Positions 14,906-24,337 of a DNA stretch of 64,000 bases are shown here, piece by piece. The notes under the pieces are model-generated. The model was given only the letters and a program-made list of their open reading frames with translations. It was not told the DNA's origin and did no database searches. The stretch is from Bigelowiella natans CCMP2755 (Eukaryota > Protista > Cercozoa). The stretch lies in the NCBI GenBank assembly GCA_000320545.1, contig ADNK01001958.1, forward strand, positions 1-64,000, read 5' to 3'. Position 1 is the stretch's first letter. Every line of letters starts with the position of its first letter. The translations under genes and the position numbers were made by a program.

Positions 14906-16104
14906 GTAAAAGGAGAGAGAGAGAGAGAGAGAGATTTAATGTATCTATCTATCACCACAAAGTGCCGATGATAATATCGTCATCAATCATCAATTATCAT
15001 CATCATCATTATCACAAAATTCACGGTGAAATAGTAATGAGTAGCTGCGACTTAAAATATGATCGATTGATTCGATTGGACGCGCACTCGTCGTAGGAAT
15101 GACCAGTGCGGCTCGTTTGTCCTCCGTCTGAGCGGCAATGCTCCGGGATCTCTGGCTCTAGGGTATTATAATAATAATTATTATTATTACTATTATCGCT
15201 AATATATTATTATTACGTAATAGTAGTAGTAGTAGTAGCAGTTGTAGCAGTTGTAGAAGAAGAAATGCTCGATTAGAAAAGAAAGGAGAATAGGAAAAGG
15301 GGGAAGAGTACACTAAAATTGTTCTTACCCAATATGGAAGTGTCATCGGTCGTTGAGAGGACAGAGAGATAAGTAGACGAACAGACAGGGTTTTAGAACA
15401 ACCTTAGAAGAAGAAGATACATTGTTTAGTTCTTTCTTCTAGTCCTTTCTTGTATTATCGTCATTTTTCCACCACCATACTCATCAGATACGTCAACGAG
15501 AACAGGAACGTTGTGCATATGCAGATTATCACTGGAAGAAGAATGTAAGTGGCTGATCAAAGAGGATGTGTGCATCTTATTATTATTACTACTTCATCAC
15601 CATCGTCATAGTCACTTTCATCATCGTCTACTGATGACATTGCCGACATTGCCATCATCGACAAAATCACCATCACATGCAATCAGGATGGGTGAAACCA
15701 ACGCTTTCATGGTGCAGTTGGAAAACCGCAAGTATTTAAAGTTTGACACTCTTGAGGAGCTCGTCATAGCACTAACACCGGTTGGTAGTAATACTACTAC
15801 TAGTAGTAGTAGCAGTATATCAATCAATCAATCAATCAATAATAAACCAATCCATCGGCCGCATCATAACGCGCTCGTAAAATTGCTGGCTGCCACGTCT
15901 AATCGTGATACAACATATTCAGGCAAAGATGCTACATCCAATCCCAAAGGAATGGTTGTTCCATTCTTAGTCAATTGATAATGAGAGGTAGTCTATCTTC
16001 ATGATGTATAATTTACTTGCTTCCTGTTAATATGCATTGCACACCTTCATAAATTTGCACAGGTGCAAGCGATGTTAAAGCTGAGATCTAAAGAGTATAC
16101 ATAG
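5153..16104 (+). CDS. Large multi-exon protein: CHAT (caspase-like) protease + STAND P-loop NTPase + two STAT-type linker-SH2 modules; ends approximate
   Basis: VLHYTGHG (His 5724) and VFVAACHS (Cys 6026); LPTSVPQFMGR, Walker A GERNVGKT (7267-7290), Walker B LMVLDG; module 1 ..FHKWYFAWY..HYWNSWLILGV..GSFVIRTS..GCLALGYVD; module 2 RPLSEQALNLMF..FEKWYKCWY..HLWDSFVILGV..GSFVLRLS..GSLALGYVN..FDTLEELV. Confidence 0.75.
11140..11231 (+). repeat. Diverged 46-bp tandem duplication spanning a splice acceptor
   Basis: cagatgatgtggatgcgctatgtttgacatgctcccaactgataaa followed by cagatgatgtggataagatatgtttgacctgcccccaactgataaa. Confidence 0.85.
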
Positions 16105-16653
16105 ATCAAATGCTACGAAGCACCTTAGCCATGACTTTAAACCAGCTCAATGAGTTTATTAACAATTAAATGAAGATGGTGTACATTCAAAAGTTCACTA
16201 TTATCTACCAATATCCGATTAGCGACAAATCAAACCAACGACTACCATAAATTCCATTGTGTGAGATCACCAAAGAGGTAACTGATGGTGTAATTGTCGT
16301 TGTTGTTAGTGTACATGCGTGTTGTGCGATCGATTGCTAGATGCATGCATCCGCATGTCTAGATGTGCTTTTCTCACCAGCTCACGCTACGAAACGAGGC
16401 GTAACATGGATTGTAGCAATCGAAAGTGAACAGTTACGTTGTTCCTGCGGAGCACAAACCAGCCATTTTGACTTTTGAATTGCATGCTTCGCACACGTAC
16501 ATGCATGCTGCGCGCCACCGAAGCTGTCATGGTAGCATGCATGGATTGACTGAGAAACGGTGGCACGGATCGCTGAGTGCTAGACAGTGCTGGGTGATCA
16601 TTGCATTGGAACACAATTTGCGCACGCTGGCACGGCTAGACGGCACAACTAGA

Positions 16654-16979
16654 TGTAGCGCGTACCACTACGCGGGCACAAGTCACGTGCGACAACAAAG
16701 GGGTTGTCGCGGATATAGAATATAGATAACGTAGATATTAATACAGCATAGGCACGTGGGTTCCGGCGGGACTCATGGCAGCACACCGGAAGTGTGCTGC
16801 CCCACGTGCGGCGGCATTCGCGAAAGCTTCGCGAATGATTACGCAGTGCACGATTTAATAAAAATATAATCTTTAATAAAAATAAACACAACTCTTCAAA
16901 AGGAAGCAAACGTGCCTTTCCCCCCCCCTGCCTACTTGTGCACGTAGCGCCTCGGCCTGTGAACACCTTACGCGCAACA
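16654..16979 (+). repeat. 5' LTR of copy 1
   Basis: TGTAGCGCGTA...TACGCGCAACA, an 11-bp terminal inverted repeat with 1 mismatch; appears identical to the other three LTRs; contains AATAAA motifs. Confidence 0.97.
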
Positions 16980-16984
16980 ACCTT

Positions 16985-17002
16985 TGGCTTCCACACACGG
17001 GA
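16985..17002 (+). other. Primer-binding site (tRNA identity unresolved)
   Basis: TGGCTTCCACACACGGGA, 5 nt after the LTR; the complement ends ..GGAAG-CCA like a tRNA 3' end. Same sequence at 55363-55380. Confidence 0.7.
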
Positions 17003-17018
17003 AACGATTTGACTAACA

Positions 17019-20000
17019 ATGTCACAGCAGCTAGAAGAACAGCAGGACTTTGGCTCGCAGGCCGTGCAAGGGCACGAGCAGAAACAGGAAAGGAAGGGCG
17101 ATACGGACGCTAAGGAAGGAGGAGGAACACCTCCACAGGCACCGCCGGGACCAGCACCCGGGATTAAGAAAGCAGATGCAGCAGCAGAGGCACTGGAGAA
17201 CTTCTACGAGGCGGACGACGAGGACGTGGCCGCCGAAAGCAAGAAGGTCGTAATGGCATTACGAGCCTTGCGACCCAGGGCGAGCAACTACGCCAAACTG
17301 AAAGTATCGATAGAATACAAGTATCAGACACATGATGTTTGGGCAGCTATCATGCAGGACATCATGGATTACGAAGCAGACTTACCTCCAGAGTGGGCAG
17401 CTTTGTTTAGGAACGACGGGGGTCTGGGCGCCTCGCGGGGGACGACCCAGAGCACCGTCAAGCAGCAGCAGCCGGTACAGCGGAACACCCAGTTCATGTC
17501 TGTTAAAACAGCACCGGTTATGATAACGAAATACAACGGGAAAAGAGGTGAGGCAAGGAGGTGGTGGAAGAACGCTAGGAGTATACTCTGCGACTTTACC
17601 CCTAACCCCACCGAAAACGACAAGCTCAAATGGCTAGCTATAATAAAGCAAGCCATGGACCTTTACGAGACAGGCAGGACCCGGATCAGGCAGCTAGAGA
17701 AAATACACACTACAGTTAGTGGGCTACGAGACGTTGAGGCGATAATGAAGGCTTTTGTAAATGAACAGGATGCTAACTCCCTACCCCAGGCTATTAGAAA
17801 ATACAGAGCAATGATGCAGCATGAGAGAGAACCTGTTAGAGACTTTGCCACGCGCTTCCAGGATATGATCGACGAACTACATGATTTTAATTACAACACA
17901 GGTGATGATCAGGCAAGGTTTGAAGAGTTCAAGTTAAAGATAAAGGAATCCACTTACGTTACGGAGAAAGGCTACACCACGATGGAGGCAGCAGTGCAGG
18001 CTATATCCCTACGCGAGCAGGAGCAGGACCGCAAGTTTACCAGCCCTAAGGTACCTGGCATAGGAAACATTAACGCTATTAAGCCGCAGCGAGACTGGTA
18101 CAAGGACAGGGAAGGTAACCGACGTTGCGGATACTGCTCACGTAAAGGGAAACACACCGCTAAAGACTGCAGAGACAGGAAAGAAGGACGACCCAGGATG
18201 ACGATCAGGCAGCTCAACGAACACTACGAGAAGTTAAAGAGAAAGAAAGGCAGAGGACAAGGATATAACAACAGCAAATGGCAAGGCAGCAACAACGGGA
18301 AGAACAATAAATATAAGAACAAAAAGCAGAACAGTATCAATGCTATACAGCAGCAGATAAACGGAATATTAGATCACCTTAAGCAGGCGCCGACGAAGAC
18401 AGCAGTACCAGCAACGCAGGACCAAGACAAGCCCATGACCCTAGACGACATAAAGAACTTAGGAGTATGCAACATTAATGACGAAGACGCTAACAGGACT
18501 ATCAAAGTTGCTATGACCAAGGTTAAAGTTAAAGACAGCTACGGAGACTACAAGAAACTACCTGCCCTTTGGGATAGTGGCAGCATGCCGAAGTCCTTCA
18601 TAAGCCTAAGCACAGTAAGAAGGTTAGGACTATTGGATCAAGTGACTAAGAAAGAACGTAAATATGCTCAAGCAGACGGAAGCTCTTCCATGAAGACCGT
18701 CGGTGAGCTAATGCTAAAGCTACAGATACCTGGCAGCGACGCGGAGACCCAAATCAAGACCCGAGTAGCCATGACTTTATCCATGGAACTACTCCTCGGA
18801 CAGGATGCCCTAGAAAAATTAGGGGGGATCATATCATTCTACAATCACAAGATATACTTTGCTAAGTTGCCAAAGAAGTCAGGCAGGACCATCAGCCAGA
18901 ACATGATACGGCTTGACGAGTGGACCTCTGAGTCAAGCGTTAATGCGTTAGAGTTTATGGACCTAGCGGACAACAAGCTACCTACACCTACCGAGCTACG
19001 GAAGAAGAACCCCGGCAAGACCATCCGACAGATAACGGAGCTACTGGACAAGACCCCCCCAGCTGATGATTGGGATATCGACAAAGGCAAAAAGTACATT
19101 AATAAAATATTAAACGAGAAGTACTCTGACATCACCAAGCCGACGACGAAGCCCTCCAGCAAGCTTACCCCAGTAAAGATCGAGCTAAAGAAGGGATACG
19201 AAGAGTGCATCATCAATGACCCAGAACATAGGCGACCGGAAGCGGACTGGGAAAAGATAGAGTGGCAGATCAATGAATGGGCAAAGGAAGGGAAGATAGA
19301 GCCAAGCAACTCACCATGGAACGTGAGACATGTGCTAGCTAAGAAACCTACTTACCCTTTCTTCCGCCTGGCGCACAACTTCATCCGCCACAACCGAGTA
19401 ATAAAGAGGATCCAGACACCTACACCAAGGATAGATGACGTTATTGAACACGTCATAGGATACAAATACTACTCTTCCCTAGATAAAAATGAATCATACA
19501 TGCAGACACCCATCCACAAAACCTCCCGCCCCATTACCGCGTTCTCCAGCAGGCACAGGAAGTGGCACTTCGTCGTATTCCCTTACGGCCTAAGCATATC
19601 AGGGGATGCGTTCAGTAGTCAGAACTACAGGGCATACACACATGATGGGATGGCGTCTGTGTTGTGGGTGTTTGTGTTTGTGTATGTGGATGATGACATA
19701 ATATGTACCAACACAGTCGTCGCTCAGATCTTCCTCCTGGAAAATATATTTATTAGGTTTGCACACTTCGGTTTTACTATTAGACTGCAGAAGTGTACAT
19801 TCCTAGCTACAAGAATCAAGTGGTGTGGATATTACCTGGAGCAAGGCCGCATCACCCCAAACCCCGAGAAAGTAGCAGCACTACAGCAAGCCCCTAAACC
19901 TAAGAATGCAAAGGAGTTAAAGTCATTCTTGCAGACTGCAGCTTGGATACTACGTAGGTTCTCCCCTACCTACGCTAGGACTGCAGCTGCTTTTACTACT

Positions 20001-21992
20001 GCTTACCGGAAGGAGAACTCTGTAGGCCTCAGCTTCGCTAAGGTGTGGGCCAAGGCTGGCCTTGATGCCCACTTCGATAACCTAATAAAGTTATGCAGCA
20101 ACACCCTATTGAATGCTAAGCTAGACACTACTAGACCAGCTACCCTATGGACAGACTGGTCTAAGCTAGGTATGGCTGCTGTACTTACCCAAGACCAGCA
20201 GATCATACGGGTGTGGGGCAGGGCCTGCACAGCAGCTGAGGCCAAGTACAGCCCTACAAAAGGAGAGTATAAAGCCATGACTGAGGCGCAGAGGAAACTA
20301 AGATACTACCTGCTGTCGGTGCCCAGCTTCACCTTAATGACTGACCACAAGCCCCTCCTAGGCATCGACCGCAAGCTCGAAGCGCCTAACGATGAGTATG
20401 CAGCTATGAGGGCGGACACGGAAGAGTTTAGGGACAAGAGGACAGTGGTCTACGCACCAGGAGACAAGCAGCTTGCTGACTATTTCAGCAGGCTGTTCGA
20501 AAAGAAAGTCCCTACCCAGGTCACCCCTATGGTTAACGCGATTACCTTCGAGGACGGCGACTTCCTGCCTGAGCCAGAGGAGCTCCAGCACCTTCAAGAA
20601 CACCTGGATAAATACAAACACAAGCATGAGGTACTTAGTGATAGGATATATGTATACACTAATAATGTTAGGCGTACCTACGTGCCACGGCGGACCAGGG
20701 GAGCCCTTCTCTTTACCGCCCATGGACCTGCACACGTAGGAGAAAACCATATCACTGCTCTACTCTACCATTACTACTGGCCCTACAAGCTAAAAGAGAT
20801 AAGGACATACCTGCGTGGCTGCAGGTGCTCCAGCTTGAAGGCGGCAGGCGTCGCCACCAAGGAGTCCAGCAAGAGCCGTGCATCTAAGAAAATCAAAGCA
20901 AGGAACTTCTTAGATATCGTGCAAATTGATGTTTATAAGTACGATGGCTATCACTACCTTACCTTCGTTGATGTGGCCACTGGAAAGTGCTGGGTTAAAA
21001 AGATTATCAAGGTCAACGTTGCTAAGAAGAACAAAGGCTTATATAAGCAGAGGCTTACTAACTGCTACCGTACCTGGGAGTCTGAGCTCCAGGCTATCCC
21101 TGATGAAGTTAGCATAAACAAGATACCAAAGAAGTTACATGTGGATAATGAGACCTCTCTTCTACAGCTACCACACCCTAATATTGATGCCTCACCTGTA
21201 TACTATGCCCAGTCCAACTCCAAGGTAGAGCGACTCCACCGCACCTTGGCCAACCTAAGCAGGATAAATAGCACCACACCAGACAAGATACAAGGGTTAG
21301 TAAACGACACCTTCACGTCTGGGGGAGGTATCAAGGATAAGGAGAGGGAAGAAGGCGACGACAACGACGACGATACCGAGAGCGAAGACGAGAAGGTCCC
21401 GTACGATGGCCGAGTTCTAAAGGAAGGACAGTATGTTAGGGCCAAGGTAAATCTGAGATCGAGAAATAAACAAGACCCCTTCTGGGGTGGCGTTGCAAAG
21501 GTTACCGAGAGGAAGGGGAGGAAGCAGTACTACATCTATGATGGGAACAGGGTCACCTTGCGCCACATCAGTCACCTAAAGAATTATGATATCGGTGAGA
21601 AGCTCCTAGAGGATGTTAAAGTAAACCCTACTGTGTGGGAGCGAGCAATGCCTTGTTTAGGACCCCGACCTAAGTTCGATGTGGAATATGGAAACAATAA
21701 GGTCAGGGTGAACGACGATTGGCGCATGAAGATTGTCTATCTAGGCTACCCTGGATTACGAAATATGGAGAGGGTAGCTATGAAAATAAAGGACGGAAAA
21801 TATCAGCTACTCTACCTAGCTGTTCCCGACTTACCCTTTGAGCACTGGTATAAGGTCCTGGGGGACCTTGATGCAGAGGGCTGGTATGGACACGAACCTA
21901 AGGACGAAGGTGAGTTCTGGGTAAGCGACAAAGGAGATAAGGTTAGAGAGGAATCTATTACCTGGTGGTTGGTGAAGTTCCGAAAGCGATGA
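17019..21992 (+). CDS. Gag-Pol polyprotein, 1657 aa, with C-terminal Dam-like extension
   Basis: Zn knuckle CGYC-x5-H-x4-C; protease ALWDSGS; RT YVDD; RNase H TDWS..E..TDHKPL..LADYFSR; integrase HGPAH..CRC, QID..VDN..KVER; SH3-like segment ending RHISHLKNY; then about 134 extra aa. Confidence 0.97.
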   Translation: MSQQLEEQQDFGSQAVQGHEQKQERKGDTDAKEGGGTPPQAPPGPAPGIKKADAAAEALENFYEADDEDVAAESKKVVMALRALRPRASNYAKLKVSIEYKYQTHDVWAAIMQDIMDYEADLPPEWAALFRNDGGLGASRGTTQSTVKQQQPVQRNTQFMSVKTAPVMITKYNGKRGEARRWWKNARSILCDFTPNPTENDKLKWLAIIKQAMDLYETGRTRIRQLEKIHTTVSGLRDVEAIMKAFVNEQDANSLPQAIRKYRAMMQHEREPVRDFATRFQDMIDELHDFNYNTGDDQARFEEFKLKIKESTYVTEKGYTTMEAAVQAISLREQEQDRKFTSPKVPGIGNINAIKPQRDWYKDREGNRRCGYCSRKGKHTAKDCRDRKEGRPRMTIRQLNEHYEKLKRKKGRGQGYNNSKWQGSNNGKNNKYKNKKQNSINAIQQQINGILDHLKQAPTKTAVPATQDQDKPMTLDDIKNLGVCNINDEDANRTIKVAMTKVKVKDSYGDYKKLPALWDSGSMPKSFISLSTVRRLGLLDQVTKKERKYAQADGSSSMKTVGELMLKLQIPGSDAETQIKTRVAMTLSMELLLGQDALEKLGGIISFYNHKIYFAKLPKKSGRTISQNMIRLDEWTSESSVNALEFMDLADNKLPTPTELRKKNPGKTIRQITELLDKTPPADDWDIDKGKKYINKILNEKYSDITKPTTKPSSKLTPVKIELKKGYEECIINDPEHRRPEADWEKIEWQINEWAKEGKIEPSNSPWNVRHVLAKKPTYPFFRLAHNFIRHNRVIKRIQTPTPRIDDVIEHVIGYKYYSSLDKNESYMQTPIHKTSRPITAFSSRHRKWHFVVFPYGLSISGDAFSSQNYRAYTHDGMASVLWVFVFVYVDDDIICTNTVVAQIFLLENIFIRFAHFGFTIRLQKCTFLATRIKWCGYYLEQGRITPNPEKVAALQQAPKPKNAKELKSFLQTAAWILRRFSPTYARTAAAFTTAYRKENSVGLSFAKVWAKAGLDAHFDNLIKLCSNTLLNAKLDTTRPATLWTDWSKLGMAAVLTQDQQIIRVWGRACTAAEAKYSPTKGEYKAMTEAQRKLRYYLLSVPSFTLMTDHKPLLGIDRKLEAPNDEYAAMRADTEEFRDKRTVVYAPGDKQLADYFSRLFEKKVPTQVTPMVNAITFEDGDFLPEPEELQHLQEHLDKYKHKHEVLSDRIYVYTNNVRRTYVPRRTRGALLFTAHGPAHVGENHITALLYHYYWPYKLKEIRTYLRGCRCSSLKAAGVATKESSKSRASKKIKARNFLDIVQIDVYKYDGYHYLTFVDVATGKCWVKKIIKVNVAKKNKGLYKQRLTNCYRTWESELQAIPDEVSINKIPKKLHVDNETSLLQLPHPNIDASPVYYAQSNSKVERLHRTLANLSRINSTTPDKIQGLVNDTFTSGGGIKDKEREEGDDNDDDTESEDEKVPYDGRVLKEGQYVRAKVNLRSRNKQDPFWGGVAKVTERKGRKQYYIYDGNRVTLRHISHLKNYDIGEKLLEDVKVNPTVWERAMPCLGPRPKFDVEYGNNKVRVNDDWRMKIVYLGYPGLRNMERVAMKIKDGKYQLLYLAVPDLPFEHWYKVLGDLDAEGWYGHEPKDEGEFWVSDKGDKVREESITWWLVKFRKR

Positions 21993-22035
21993 AGGTCTAA
22001 GGGAATAAGGAAGGAAGGAAGGAGCAACGTGACTT

Positions 22036-22043
22036 GGGGGAGG
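22036..22043 (+). other. Polypurine tract
   Basis: GGGGGAGG abutting the 3' LTR, preceded by a (GGAA)n purine run; same at 60414-60421. Confidence 0.85.
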
Positions 22044-22369
22044 TGTAGCGCGTACCACTACGCGGGCACAAGTCACGTGCGACAACAAAGGGGTTGTCGC
22101 GGATATAGAATATAGATAACGTAGATATTAATACAGCATAGGCACGTGGGTTCCGGCGGGACTCATGGCAGCACACCGGAAGTGTGCTGCCCCACGTGCG
22201 GCGGCATTCGCGAAAGCTTCGCGAATGATTACGCAGTGCACGATTTAATAAAAATATAATCTTTAATAAAAATAAACACAACTCTTCAAAAGGAAGCAAA
22301 CGTGCCTTTCCCCCCCCCTGCCTACTTGTGCACGTAGCGCCTCGGCCTGTGAACACCTTACGCGCAACA
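22044..22369 (+). repeat. 3' LTR of copy 1
   Basis: Matches 16654-16979 base for base as read by eye. Confidence 0.97.
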
Positions 22370-22407
22370 TAGACAACTGATGAACGATTTGTGCTGAAAA
22401 TCGACAT

Positions 22408-22438
<31 letters not shown>

Positions 22439-23137
22439 GCGTGTGCCAGTTGTGCATCTGCACTGTTGTGACTGATGCATGACGATGCAGCAGCGCGTGG
22501 AGGCTGACTTGAGTGGATGAACGATGAATGACGTCAGACGAGTGTGCACATCCAAGGTGCAACCACGGCTAAACTAGCAAAAGCATCCTCAAAAGTGCGA
22601 ATTTCCAGTGTCGCTTCTCCTGCTGCGGTGAGATCATGCAAACATTGAAAGGTTCCTTTTGCATCCGTCGACCACGAGCCACAACAGGTGCAATCACAGG
22701 CGGTGCATGACCAGCGGTGGACCAAGCTCAACTCAAGCTAGCAAGGACCAGTTGTCTGCCACGTTTTCTTTCGCTATGCAAACAATCACAAGCAACGCAT
22801 CAAATGATGAATGAATGAATGAAATGTTCCCATCGTGCAGCCGAAAGGATCATCAGAAATGCTTGGTCCGAAATGCTTGGTCCCACCTCCTGAATGATCT
22901 GCAGGGTCACATCGTGATGAATGTAGCGAGAATTACTAGGAACGTAGGTCAAATTGAGGTTACGACAAGACTAATTGATTGATTAAATAAAGGTGATGTA
23001 GAAAGTTCAAGATCCATGGGGATTTTGGGATGCGACATGCAAAAACAGCCGTCTCGATCTCAAAAGTGAGTTTGAAACATAAACAACACGTGCCCCCTGC
23101 TGCTCTACCACGTGCCAATTGTCGTCATCTGTACCAC

Positions 23138-24337
23138 ATGGGGTACACTCAGCACTCCCTCGCGAAGAATATCCTTATATTCATAGTTGCAAGCATCCAT
23201 GCAACGGTTACAAGCGGAAGACTGCAACGCTACAATACAAACATTCGCTCCCAAAGCCAAACCATAACACAAGCACGGCCCTCCTCACTAATGCATCATA
23301 GCAACGCAGCAGCTGATAGGTATGTACACTCTCTGAAAGATCACTTTGTTTTATTCAGACAACTGAGTTACCCCTTTTATTGCCACAATTTTCGCTCATA
23401 GACCAAGTTATGGGTCACCGTCTTCATCAGCAGCACCTGCAACAGCGTCGAGAAAAGCCTCCAGAGGGGCGATGATGAACCAGGTTACTGCAAATCAATC
23501 TCTTACATTTTAAAAAAATAGCATTTGTATTGTGTGTTTTATGTATCTATCAGATGCATTAAAAATACTTATATTTCTGACGATCAAGGGAACGTATTTC
23601 CATTATTACACATGAATCCAGACTCACATCACGCAACCAATATCCTATATGAATGTAAAATCTAATTAGGTTATGTAATATCTGTGGGATGTAATTTTTA
23701 ATTTTATTTCAACTAAAAGGTTTTTAGCCCCAGGGCTGTGAATGAAATCACTAGCGAATTGGCTCTAACGGATGCTGCCAGGGGGGCAATCAGTGTGACC
23801 AGATTGGTGCTACAAGCTGCCGTCAATCTATCAATATTGGCACTACTTGGTCGATTTGTAGTCGATACTACCGAAGGAGTAGATAGGTGAATCTTGAGAT
23901 ATTATTTCTGCATTTAAGCGATGAAAATCAAATTTTATTGTTTTTCTAGGAATGATAAGCTTCCACAGCAAATCATCAATGCAACAGAACCGATTCTTGC
24001 GCCAGCTAGGAAGGTAGTGATGCTGAACTGTTTGCCAAGGAAAAATTGATTCTGAAAATTTTGTCGCAAGGTTATCCCTTACTTGTTCGAAGTCGACGCA
24101 TCTGCATTGGCTATTATTGCGGTATTTTTTTTTGTCTCACCTGGACGAACTATTAAACTTTGACATATTTATGCGTCATTCGAAAAGGTGCTAACGTTTG
24201 TCAATGAACTCTTCATCGGGGAGAGGGTATGTCAAATATAAACTTGACAACTTCATTTGGTGCAATGAAATAAAAATTATGAGAGACAAATATATATTTA
24301 TCAGGGAATACTCAGTATGCTTGCCGCGAAACGATGA
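23138..24337 (+). CDS. YGGT-family protein, CCB3-like (cytochrome b6 haem assembly), bipartite plastid leader
   Basis: Spliced: MGYTQHSLAKNILIFIVASIHA (signal) + S/T/R-rich transit..LPQQIINATEPILAPARK-VIPYLFEVDASALAIIA-VLTFVNELFIGER-GILSMLAAKR*. TEPxLxPxRxxIP is the YGGT motif; E..G..G.L at the end is CCB3-like. Confidence 0.75.

Larger units (their letters stand above)
16654..22369 (+). mobile_element. Full-length Ty3/gypsy-type LTR retrotransposon, copy 1 (5716 bp)
   Basis: Two 326-bp TG..CA LTRs, 4-bp TSD TAGA (16650-16653 / 22370-22373), PBS, PPT, single ORF with order gag-PR-RT-RH-IN. Confidence 0.97.

Noticed and set aside
450-16000. Dozens of 60-200 aa ORFs with poly-M/H/S/YI/CV runs
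   Set aside because: Translations of intronic microsatellites or exon read-through; the real exons splice into the listed genes.
16300-16653. tRNA or other Pol III gene at the insertion sites (Ty3-style targeting)
   Set aside because: No cloverleaf or A/B box recognised near either insertion.
16790-16850. HDV-like or hammerhead ribozyme in the LTR
   Set aside because: tgc-cccacgt-gcg resembles P3/L3 and a hairpin follows, but I could not build P1 and P2; no CUGANGA core.
16649-16996. Antisense ORF repeated four times (also 21997, 54997, 60375)
   Set aside because: It is the reverse strand of the LTR; its ends differ with flanking DNA and it has no motif.
21588-21992. C-terminal tail as chromodomain or env
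   Set aside because: No chromodomain pattern (Y/F.ve.I....Y.VKW.Gy...tWEp), no signal peptide or TM segment, and it is in frame with pol.
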